Shown in pieces: positions 7,562 through 14,885 of a DNA stretch of 55,555 nt; within the stretch, counting starts at the first letter, position 1; every line of letters begins with the position of its first letter. A program made the position numbers and the translations under genes. The notes beneath the pieces are model-generated. The model did not search any database and was not told the origin of the DNA. It saw only the letters and a program-made list of their open reading frames with translations. Source of the DNA: a virus (taxonomy: Duplodnaviria > Caudoviricetes); the IMG/VR virus record IMGVR_UViG_3300049489_001004, positions 1 to 55,555 of that record, one strand, 5' to 3'.

Positions 7562-9097
7562 ATGATGGCGCATTTCGCCCAGAACGCACAGCAGGCAAAG
7601 CCTGTTGGCGTCACTCAGACGACTACTGCAGCAGTCACCCACGAAGGTGGCCTAGGTTATAGTCTTGATGCTAAGACAGAGCTTTACACTCTTTCGGTGT
7701 CTTCATTCCATGGTCAGAACTCTTATTATGAGTCTGGCGAAAGTCGAGAAGATCGATTTGCTAAGCTTGTTCAGCAAGTGACGAAGGAAGATCCTGATTG
7801 GGTACGAGCTTTTATTCCTTGGCTGCGAAATGAAGCCAACATTAGAAGCAATTCTATTGCTGCAGCTTGCGAATATGTTGCAGCTGGTGGTCCTAACGGT
7901 AGAGCTGTTATTGACAGTTGTATCGTTCGAGCCGATGAACCCGCTGAGATTTTTGGCTATTGGGTGTCTCGTTATGGCCGTAAGTTTCCTGCCCCAGTCA
8001 AGAGAGGCCTCGCAGACGCCGCTCAGAGGCTGTATAACGAGCGCAATGCCCTAAAGTGGGACCAGAATGGCTCGAACGTACGTATGGGCGATATTATCGC
8101 TATGACGCACCCTAAGCCTGTTGGGAACTGGCAGGGCGATCTTTTCACTTATCTGATGGATGTTCGCCACCGCCGTGATAATCCTCGTGGGTTGGAATCT
8201 CTTCCTCTGATTACCAATGTTCTCAATTGGCGTCAGGCTGCTCTTAAGGGAGAGATCAACTATGAACTTCCTGAAGGCGTAACTTGGGAAGCATTATCTT
8301 CTCTCACTAAGATGGATAAGGCTGCCTGGGAAGCCGTTATTCCTCAGATGGGATACATGGCTTTAATTCGCAATCTTCGGAATTTCGAAGAAGCGGGTAT
8401 CAGTAAGTCGATGGTTGACTTTGTCAATGCCAAGATTGCTGACCCAGAAGAAGTTGCGAAGTCACGTCAGCTTCCCATGCGCTTTTGGTCTTCTTACGCT
8501 AACAGCGGAAGTCTCAAGTATGCTCAAGCCCTTGAAGAGGCAATGAATCTTTCTCTGAATAGCATTCCTCATTTCAATGGTAGAACTCTTGTAATGGTAG
8601 ATACTTCAGGCTCAATGATGGGTAGCTATTCTAACAAGGGCACCGTTAGTCCTGTTCAGCAGGCAGCGATCTTTGGTTCTGCTGTTGCCGCGGCTTCTGA
8701 CAACAGCACTGTTGCTATTTATGCTTCAAGTGTTGCTGTTGTTCAGCCTTCGACTTCGGTTCTTCGTACAACAGATACCATTATCAAGTCGGTAGGTAGT
8801 GTGGGCCACGGCACCAATACCTGGCCATCGGTATTACAGATGTGGAATGAGCACGGACCATTCGATCGCGTATTAGTGTTTACTGACATGCAGGATCACC
8901 CCTCAGCTGTCAGCCATAAAAACATTCCGAAGAACGTTCCTATTTACGTTTGGGACTTGGCAGGACATAAGACTGCTAATATCGAGCTCGGCTCCGGCCG
9001 GTATCTATTTGGTGGATTAAGCGACCAAAGCTTCAAGAGCCTTAAGCTTGTCGAGGACTATCAGCCTGGAGTTTGGCCTTGGGCTATTTCGGCCTGA
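7562..9097 (+). CDS. rsr: Ro60/TROVE-domain RNA-binding protein with C-terminal vWA domain
   Basis: THEGGLGY, TWE, MGYMALIRNLRNF, SRQLPMRFWS, VDTSGSM (MIDAS), GTNT and FTDMQ motifs. Confidence 0.95.
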   Translation: MMAHFAQNAQQAKPVGVTQTTTAAVTHEGGLGYSLDAKTELYTLSVSSFHGQNSYYESGESREDRFAKLVQQVTKEDPDWVRAFIPWLRNEANIRSNSIAAACEYVAAGGPNGRAVIDSCIVRADEPAEIFGYWVSRYGRKFPAPVKRGLADAAQRLYNERNALKWDQNGSNVRMGDIIAMTHPKPVGNWQGDLFTYLMDVRHRRDNPRGLESLPLITNVLNWRQAALKGEINYELPEGVTWEALSSLTKMDKAAWEAVIPQMGYMALIRNLRNFEEAGISKSMVDFVNAKIADPEEVAKSRQLPMRFWSSYANSGSLKYAQALEEAMNLSLNSIPHFNGRTLVMVDTSGSMMGSYSNKGTVSPVQQAAIFGSAVAAASDNSTVAIYASSVAVVQPSTSVLRTTDTIIKSVGSVGHGTNTWPSVLQMWNEHGPFDRVLVFTDMQDHPSAVSHKNIPKNVPIYVWDLAGHKTANIELGSGRYLFGGLSDQSFKSLKLVEDYQPGVWPWAISA

Positions 9098-9158
9098 TTA
9101 AAGCTTGGTTCAAGCTCAAGTTAGATAAATATAGAAATAAGTGACTTGAGCTTGAACC

Positions 9159-9368
9159 ATGGCTGAACTGTCTTTTATGCAGTATATGCCACCACAAGAA
9201 ATGTGGATTGTGGTAAATGGCACGAAAACTAGATATTATCGTACATACGAACGGTATGCCAAATGGGTAAGTAATAGACACTCCCGAATTCAAGAAGTTT
9301 GGTATTGTGATTTTACAAAAACCCAGCCCCATTGGGTTAAGTTGCCGGTTACATCATGGCCGACATGA
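9159..9368 (+). CDS. Hypothetical protein
   Basis: Short ORF in + strand run. Confidence 0.5.
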   Translation: MAELSFMQYMPPQEMWIVVNGTKTRYYRTYERYAKWVSNRHSRIQEVWYCDFTKTQPHWVKLPVTSWPT

Positions 9369-9595
9369 TGAATAAGTATACTGTAGGGGTGAGAAACACC
9401 TTTGAGGCAACTGATCCCGAAGATGCAGTTCAACAAATGATTGAATGGCTTTTGGAGAATGCTCAATCTGCAGGATATAATGTATACCCAACGAGCGGTG
9501 GAACGTATATGTTTATTGATGCAAATAAGATATGGGGAAATGCTTCAGACGCAACTATAGACGCCACGTCTAATATTAATGACGCAATGATGTAA
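9356..9595 (+). CDS. Hypothetical protein
   Basis: FEATDPEDAV motif; operon packing. Confidence 0.6.
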   Translation: MADMMNKYTVGVRNTFEATDPEDAVQQMIEWLLENAQSAGYNVYPTSGGTYMFIDANKIWGNASDATIDATSNINDAMM

Positions 9596-9604
9596 AGACT
9601 ATTT

Positions 9605-9904
9605 ATGTTTGAATATAGATTATCGATTGATCCATCTGTATCTGAAAAAATTTATTCCGAAGATGATTTAAAGCCAATAATACATGACTTTTTAAGTGTA
9701 GCATTCCATCAAAATCATGTCGAACCTAGTACAGTATCTGATACTACGGTTGTGATCAGAAAACTCAAAACCGAGATGGTTTCTGAGTTTTTACACATTG
9801 TAATTTATGTGAGTTTTTCTGTTAATCAACTCTGGTATACAGCCAGACGTGGTGATGTAGTTTTGCAAAAAAATCAAATCTGTTTAGAAGAAATTTGTTA
9901 TTAA
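9605..9904 (+). CDS. Hypothetical protein
   Basis: Operon packing. Confidence 0.55.
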   Translation: MFEYRLSIDPSVSEKIYSEDDLKPIIHDFLSVAFHQNHVEPSTVSDTTVVIRKLKTEMVSEFLHIVIYVSFSVNQLWYTARRGDVVLQKNQICLEEICY

Positions 9905-9908
9905 TATA

Positions 9909-10382
9909 ATGGGCTGCGATATTCATAGTTTTCCAGAATATATTATTGATAATACTGACCCATCGGGATCCGCAATCTATGCTTCTTTAGGTGGACCTCC
10001 TGTTAGTTATTTTCAGTTAATTTTTGATTTCACTGCTTATGGCTGGGTAGAAGATTGTTCTCATACCGGAAAATGGCCAATGAACAGAAATTATGATTTT
10101 TTTGCAAAATTGGCTGATGTCCGCAACTATGATAAGGTAACTCCTCTTTGTTCGGGAAGAGGTTTACCTATTAGTGCTTGCGAATCAACCCGCGAAGAAA
10201 TAAGCATGGATTTTGATTACCATAGTGTTACGTGGGCTAGTTTAGAAGAATTGCTTAACATAGAATTATTGGCTTGTGGCGGGCCAAATTATCACTTTTA
10301 TTTAGTCTATCTGACACAAACAGCTATAAACCTAAATATAGATCCGTTTAATATTAGAGTTATTTTTGCTTTTGATAATTAA
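9909..10382 (+). CDS. Conserved phage protein of unknown function
   Basis: MGCDIH...RNY..FA.LADVRN...RGLP...HS.TW...RVIFAFDN, a recurrent phage family pattern. Confidence 0.8.
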   Translation: MGCDIHSFPEYIIDNTDPSGSAIYASLGGPPVSYFQLIFDFTAYGWVEDCSHTGKWPMNRNYDFFAKLADVRNYDKVTPLCSGRGLPISACESTREEISMDFDYHSVTWASLEELLNIELLACGGPNYHFYLVYLTQTAINLNIDPFNIRVIFAFDN

Positions 10383-10473
10383 AATCCTATAGGGCCTTTT
10401 TTTTGGGAAAAAATTTTTTGGCGTTTTACGATTTTCTTGAAAAAATCCAAAATCTGAAAAAAATAAATTTTTA

Positions 10474-10899
10474 TTGACCAGAAAGTTATTAATGTTTGAC
10501 GACACTGTAGTAGAACGTAAAGTTATTGGTCACGTAGACGTAGATTCCGGTCAGGTTATGATTATAGATCCTTGTTATGTCTTGCCTGACGAACGTAAGT
10601 CAATGCCAGAATACACCCAAGAACCCTCAGCCGTTGCAAATGAAAAAGCAACTATTGTAGAGGGTGAAGAAACAAGTGTTTATTTAAGGGCTTCAGATAA
10701 GTCAGCTTATGCCAATTATGATAACTATTCTGGTAAGGGTGACTGTTTTGGGGAATGGGGCGGCGGCGTGATTTCCTTGACCCTATACGGAGATGGTACC
10801 TATCCTGTTACTGCAGAGTTAAACAAGGACAATAGAGTCGTAAGGCTTATAGTAGATTTTGGCTTTGCCGACGAAAAAGACGAAGAAGAACTTTTCTAA
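10474..10899 (+). CDS. DUF4241-like protein
   Basis: VDSGQVMIIDPCY and YGDGTYPV motifs; true start may be ATG 10492. Confidence 0.7.
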   Translation: MTRKLLMFDDTVVERKVIGHVDVDSGQVMIIDPCYVLPDERKSMPEYTQEPSAVANEKATIVEGEETSVYLRASDKSAYANYDNYSGKGDCFGEWGGGVISLTLYGDGTYPVTAELNKDNRVVRLIVDFGFADEKDEEELF

Positions 10900-10924
10900 C
10901 AGAATCTAAAGAAAGAGCAATCAA

Positions 10925-11236
10925 ATGAGCGATAATACAGATAATTTTACCAACACAGATAACAATACGAACAAGGTTCAAATAGGCGATAAGGTTAAAG
11001 ACGTTGTAACGGGAGCCGAAGGTGTTGTCGCGAGCTACACAAAGCACCTTACTGGTTGCGATACAGTTACTCTAGAGCTTGGAATTACCCCCGAAGGTAA
11101 GATGCCATTGATAGCCTTAGACGTAACAAGAATAGAAGTAACACATAAGGGTTTTATGAGCAAGGATAAGCTTCCAGGCTTTCAAAACCCACATAAGGAT
11201 GTTTTTGAAGGTAAGGCTGTCCCAGCAGCAGGGTAA
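10925..11236 (+). CDS. SH3/KOW-like small phage protein
   Basis: IGDKVKDVVTGAEGVV...HLTGCD. Confidence 0.7.
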   Translation: MSDNTDNFTNTDNNTNKVQIGDKVKDVVTGAEGVVASYTKHLTGCDTVTLELGITPEGKMPLIALDVTRIEVTHKGFMSKDKLPGFQNPHKDVFEGKAVPAAG

Positions 11237-11243
11237 TAAAATT

Positions 11244-11349
11244 GGACACGGAACATCGGTGAGTCAACTGCGTTCGATTCGCAGTGTGGTGCATGGATGC
11301 TAAGTAAAGGGTCGCCCCCGCTCAATCGGTTCGAATCCGATCGTGTCCA
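11244..11349 (+). ncRNA. Atypical tRNA-like RNA with two T-loop hairpins
   Basis: Acceptor ggacacg/cgtgtcc, T arm atcggTTCGAATccgat, second hairpin ctgcgTTCGATTcgcag, no normal D or anticodon arm. Confidence 0.65.
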
Positions 11350-11351
11350 CT

Positions 11352-11424
11352 GTGGACGTAGCTCAATTGGTAGAGCGCCAGGTTGTGATCCTGGTGGTTG
11401 CGAGTTCAAGTCTCGTCGTTCACC
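11352..11424 (+). tRNA. tRNA-His(GTG)
   Basis: Cloverleaf; ccagg-ttGTGat-cctgg; C discriminator. Confidence 0.93.
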
Positions 11425-11435
11425 GAATGGGGCGT

Positions 11436-11831
11436 CTATTGGTACGACAGCCCTAGCTCCTTCCGGCGTTTACGGTTGGCAGCTTTAGCGACACGCCTCG
11501 CTCCAACGCAGCTATCACAGCGACATCCAAACTTGGAGTACATGGTGTCCGTACCGTGGTCAACGAAAGACCTACGCCACTCGGCGGTCTCCTGGAGATG
11601 GCACTCGTGACATAAGACCTGGCATTTAGCCAGCTCTTCCTCCCTTCGTTGGGGGCTCCACGACCACACGTTGTGCGATACCTTGAGCGCCGGATCCATG
11701 TGATCGACCTCAAGACGGTCGGAGGATCCACACCTGTGGCAAGGCCCGTGCTCCTCCAACCAGGCTGCACGGATTCTCGCTAGGCGCTCTCGTTGGTAGC
11801 GTCGTTGTTGTTATGGATCCGAATAAGGCAT
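11436..11831 (-). pseudogene. HNH endonuclease with in-frame TAA at codon 7
   Basis: MPYSDP*QQRRYQRER... is in frame with CHRCG...LEVDH...CQVLCHECH; GC-richer than its flanks. Confidence 0.75.
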
Positions 11832-11886
11832 GAGGTATAGTATAGCACGTCACCCGACTTTATAAATCTAGTTTAAAGTAGAAAAT

Positions 11887-12006
11887 GTGAGAAATCTAAT
11901 TGGAAAATTAGGTCATAAAATCGCAGATTTTGACACACAATCAGGTCTGACTGGTAGATTTATGGAGTGGTGTTGGAAGATCGGATATCCAACAACTAAA
12001 CAATAG
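11887..12006 (+). CDS. Possible 39-aa peptide
   Basis: GTG-initiated ORF filling the gap before tRNA-Phe. Confidence 0.35.
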   Translation: MRNLIGKLGHKIADFDTQSGLTGRFMEWCWKIGYPTTKQ

Positions 12007-12079
12007 GGTTGTTTAGCTCAGTTGGTAGAGCATTGGCGTGAAGCCCCAAGGGTCGTAGGTTCGATTCCTACAGCAACCA
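12007..12079 (+). tRNA. tRNA-Phe(GAA) with unusual anticodon arm
   Basis: Cloverleaf; ttggc-gtGAAgc-cccaa. Confidence 0.85.
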
Positions 12080-12104
12080 CTAGAATAAATAGAAAGCTAT
12101 TTAA

Positions 12105-12386
12105 ATGGGCATACATTTAAGCTCAGAGCAATACACAGATATAATTTGTGCTATAGATTATATTCGTGATGTATTTCCCGCCGATGAATTGTTTGATAAA
12201 CTTGTTAAAGGTGGCCCAGTAGAGTTATATAATTACGACTCACATGGATTAAATACTCTTAATGAGTTTACAATTCAAGGTGATGACTTGGCCGGAGCAT
12301 GTTATCATCTTAATATTTTAATCCAAATTTTTGGAATAGAAAATGCGGTCAAATTTTCTACGGCCGCTGAATCCGCTGAAATATAA
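12105..12386 (+). CDS. Hypothetical protein
   Basis: Coupled to next ORF (TAATG). Confidence 0.6.
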   Translation: MGIHLSSEQYTDIICAIDYIRDVFPADELFDKLVKGGPVELYNYDSHGLNTLNEFTIQGDDLAGACYHLNILIQIFGIENAVKFSTAAESAEI

Positions 12387-12568
12387 TGGTAAGATATAGC
12401 CCACCAAAAAATATTAGTGATGAACTAATATGTATTTGGGTAATTGAAGACTTAGCTGAGATGAAAAGGGTACCAATTTCAGTATACCATATGTTATGTA
12501 CTGAAGCTTGGGTGCCAGGTTGGTTAGAGTGGTTTGAGCCGTTAAAATTAGAAGAAGTAATTTATTGA
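12386..12568 (+). CDS. Hypothetical protein
   Basis: Translational coupling. Confidence 0.5.
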   Translation: MVRYSPPKNISDELICIWVIEDLAEMKRVPISVYHMLCTEAWVPGWLEWFEPLKLEEVIY

Positions 12569-12572
12569 TATT

Positions 12573-12646
12573 GCGTCATTGGTGTAGTGGTAACACCTCA
12601 CACTTCCAATGTGACATCACCAGTTCGAATCTGGTATGACGCTCCA
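12573..12646 (+). tRNA. tRNA-Gly(TCC)
   Basis: Cloverleaf; tcaca-ctTCCaa-tgtga; encoded CCA. Confidence 0.95.
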
Positions 12647-12647
12647 T

Positions 12648-12720
12648 TCCGGGATAGCTCAGCTGGCAGAGCAATTGACTGTTAATCAATGGGTCGCAGG
12701 TTCGAGCCCTGCTCCCGGAG
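12648..12720 (+). tRNA. tRNA-Asn(GTT)
   Basis: Cloverleaf; attga-ctGTTaa-tcaat. Confidence 0.95.
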
Positions 12721-12721
12721 C

Positions 12722-12766
12722 CGCGGAGTCCTTGTGGTTGCAAACGTAAGGGTAGCTCCGCCACCA
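12722..12766 (+). ncRNA. Minihelix-like RNA ending in ACCA
   Basis: gcggagt/gctccgc stem, inner ccttg/taagg stem, 3-prime ACCA. Confidence 0.5.
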
Positions 12767-12774
12767 TTTAAATG

Positions 12775-12803
12775 TTGGATTATTAACATTTAATCAGTAT
12801 AAT
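12775..12803 (+). promoter_or_regulatory. Sigma70/HrdB-type promoter
   Basis: TTGGAT-17-TATAAT. Confidence 0.7.
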
Positions 12804-12830
12804 ACTACTATGAATAATATGGAGAATAAA

Positions 12831-13193
12831 ATGACTGCATAGGTACCAGATAGACTATATATATTAGTTGATTCTACATTACCTGTTGGATTGGCAGCCG
12901 CGCAAGTTGCACATGTTGCAGCAAGAGCCGCGGCCCATCCAAATTTTCCTGACATATCCGATGATACATATATCATTGTGTTGTCATGCCCAGAAGATCC
13001 CGATATTTACGCAGATCGGTTGACTCACTGGGTTGGTTGCTCAGACTATTACATTGGCGACAAACCTGTCGAACATTTAATAGCTTTCTGGGAACCTGAT
13101 TTAGATGACAGGATGACAGCTATTGCTGTGTTAAATCCTCCGTCTAATCTATTCCAACATTTACCTCTTTTTCCAAAAAAGGAGGTGAATTAA
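12831..13193 (+). CDS. Peptidyl-tRNA hydrolase 2 (Pth2)-like protein with in-frame TAG at codon 4
   Basis: GGAG RBS; MTA*VPDRLYILVDSTLPVGLAAAQVAH...IIVL...FWEPDLDDRMTAIA. Confidence 0.75.
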
Positions 13194-13508
13194 ATGGAAA
13201 CAAATTACAAGCTTCATTATGAACGTACCGTAGCACAACTACGCGATGTTCGCGAAGACTTACGCATTGCCAATGCTAAGCTTGATGAAGATCCTCAGCG
13301 CAAATGGGTTGTAGGATCAGCACGGGATAGCAAGATTGACCGTCAACGTAAAGCTCTTCGCGAATTGAATCGTCGTGTAAGAGTTCAACGACTTCAGTTA
13401 CGTAAACTGAATGAGTTAGAACGTGGTCTTCGTGCTGATGAATGGGCGGCTCTTAAAGAAGAGTTTGCTCACGAGCTCGCTGAAGACGATTGGGCTATCG
13501 AAGAGTGA
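13194..13508 (+). CDS. Coiled-coil hypothetical protein
   Basis: Strong AGGAGGTG RBS. Confidence 0.75.
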   Translation: METNYKLHYERTVAQLRDVREDLRIANAKLDEDPQRKWVVGSARDSKIDRQRKALRELNRRVRVQRLQLRKLNELERGLRADEWAALKEEFAHELAEDDWAIEE

Positions 13509-13517
13509 TAATTTTAT

Positions 13518-13597
13518 AAAGCTAAGGTTCATTTCGACAACACCTCCTATGAAATGACGCAAGTGAATACAGGGGTTGTATACTCAGCCTTAGCTTT
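13518..13597 (+). ncRNA. Unknown structured RNA motif, copy A
   Basis: Stems aaagctaaggt/gccttagcttt and catttc/gaaatg; ac-GCAA-gt hairpin. Confidence 0.65.
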
Positions 13598-13613
13598 TAT
13601 TTAATACTGTATT

Positions 13614-13700
13614 TTCAGGTTCACTTCTATTTCTGTAGTGGTTGGCAGATCCCGGTGAAGTGACGTAAGTGAACGCAGGACAAACGCGTACTCAGCCTGG
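13614..13700 (+). ncRNA. Unknown structured RNA motif, copy B
   Basis: Same core as copy A with compensatory changes: cacttc/gaagtg, ac-GTAA-gt, cgc/gcg. Confidence 0.65.
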
Positions 13701-13817
13701 ACAATCAGCGCCCCACTTGAGCCTTGTGGGTGGTCAGGGTGAGGACTTGCATCCAAACCTTGGTCTAGTTCGGGACGTAGTCGACGGATTATGTATAAGC
13801 GCGAACAAAGGTATCAG

Positions 13818-13920
13818 TCCTCAGTGGTGTACTTAGTAGGTTGGCGCGTCAACCCAAAGGACGAAAACATTCTACTGAAAGATGTAGGTAGAGCTGCAGG
13901 TTTGAATCCTGCCTGAGGTA
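13818..13920 (+). ncRNA. Atypical enlarged tRNA-like RNA
   Basis: Acceptor cctcag/ctgagg, T arm gcaggTTTGAATcctgc, extra hairpin in D region, enlarged anticodon loop. Confidence 0.65.
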
Positions 13921-13939
13921 CAAATACAGAAAGAGAAAC

Positions 13940-14290
13940 ATGACTTACGACGAAGCAGTAACGATTTGGGCGCTGGAACATTATGGAGATCGGACAATAT
14001 CTTTTTTCAGAGATGGTAAGCTCTGCCATGGAAAATTTAAAGATATAGTTAACACTAATTATCCTATTGAATTACATTTTGAATATACCGAGGGGTATAA
14101 TCATAGTGAATATACTAATGCTGATTCAGAGTTTCAGCTATATCTAAAATATGCTAGAACAGATTTAGATCCTAAAGTACCACTTTTTTACAGTATTTAT
14201 TCTAACGAATCTGTTCCTTTGGCGCGAATCACTAAAGAAATAGTTGAAATTTCTTTATCTCATAAATCTTCAGAAGAAATATCTTATTAA
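13940..14290 (+). CDS. Hypothetical protein
   Basis: EGYNHSEYT motif; coupled to next ORF. Confidence 0.65.
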   Translation: MTYDEAVTIWALEHYGDRTISFFRDGKLCHGKFKDIVNTNYPIELHFEYTEGYNHSEYTNADSEFQLYLKYARTDLDPKVPLFYSIYSNESVPLARITKEIVEISLSHKSSEEISY

Positions 14291-14535
14291 TGCCTAAAGA
14301 AATAAATACAAAAGAAATTAAACTTGTTTTTGCGCCTGATACTTACAATATAATCTGCTGGTGTTATCATTGTGATTGGACCTTGTTTCCTGCGGCATGG
14401 TTAGATCCCAATAAAACGGAACAAGAACAAAAGATGTTGCGTGAGCTATATCAAGATCATCACGATGAAAGTGGTGAATGTGAGGCAGACATCAACTGTA
14501 AATTCAATAAGCTTGTAGAAGAAAGTACTTACTAA
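14290..14535 (+). CDS. Hypothetical protein
   Basis: CWCYHC motif; coupled. Confidence 0.6.
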   Translation: MPKEINTKEIKLVFAPDTYNIICWCYHCDWTLFPAAWLDPNKTEQEQKMLRELYQDHHDESGECEADINCKFNKLVEESTY

Positions 14536-14763
14536 ATGAGCTGTACTTGTCACGCAATTGATTTAAATATGAAAAAGCTTGAAAACGTTATCGTTTTAAA
14601 TCCTAATTGCGATGAGCATGGTTATGGTTCTGAATGGTACAACAGCAAAGAGCAAACTGAAAAACGTAGTAAAGATAGAGAGCGATTAAGAAATCTTCAA
14701 CTGCAAGCGAGAGAAGCTAAAAGAAAAGTTTCAGAAGATTTAAATACAGATTTCCTGCTGTGA
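14536..14763 (+). CDS. Hypothetical protein
   Basis: CTC...NPNCDEHG motif. Confidence 0.6.
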   Translation: MSCTCHAIDLNMKKLENVIVLNPNCDEHGYGSEWYNSKEQTEKRSKDRERLRNLQLQAREAKRKVSEDLNTDFLL

Positions 14764-14881
14764 TCTTAACAAGTGCGGCTGTCCACTAGTTCGGGCTGGT
14801 TGCCTTTGATGTTAAGTGACAAGCTAATAGCTATAGCTATAGTCTACCAAGAGAAGTAACTAGTGAGGTAGAGCAGCAGGA
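14753..14881 (+). ncRNA. Putative pseudoknotted RNA
   Basis: Closing stem tcctgctg/cagcagga; crossing helices cttaaca/tgttaag and cactagtt/aactagtg. Confidence 0.5.
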
Positions 14882-14885
14882 CAAC

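Noticed and set aside
11429-11460. GGGGCGTCTATTGGTACGAC resembling a tmRNA 5-prime end
   Set aside because: No matching T arm with CCA end or tag reading frame was found downstream, and the sequence overlaps the HNH stop region.
11297-11770. Alternative ORFs 11297-11488, 11398-11610 and 11453-11770
   Set aside because: They overlap tRNA-His or the HNH frame and have no recognisable motifs.
12722-12766. tRNA-associated HDV-like (theta) ribozyme after tRNA-Asn
   Set aside because: The pairing is a simple nested hairpin without the double-pseudoknot order.
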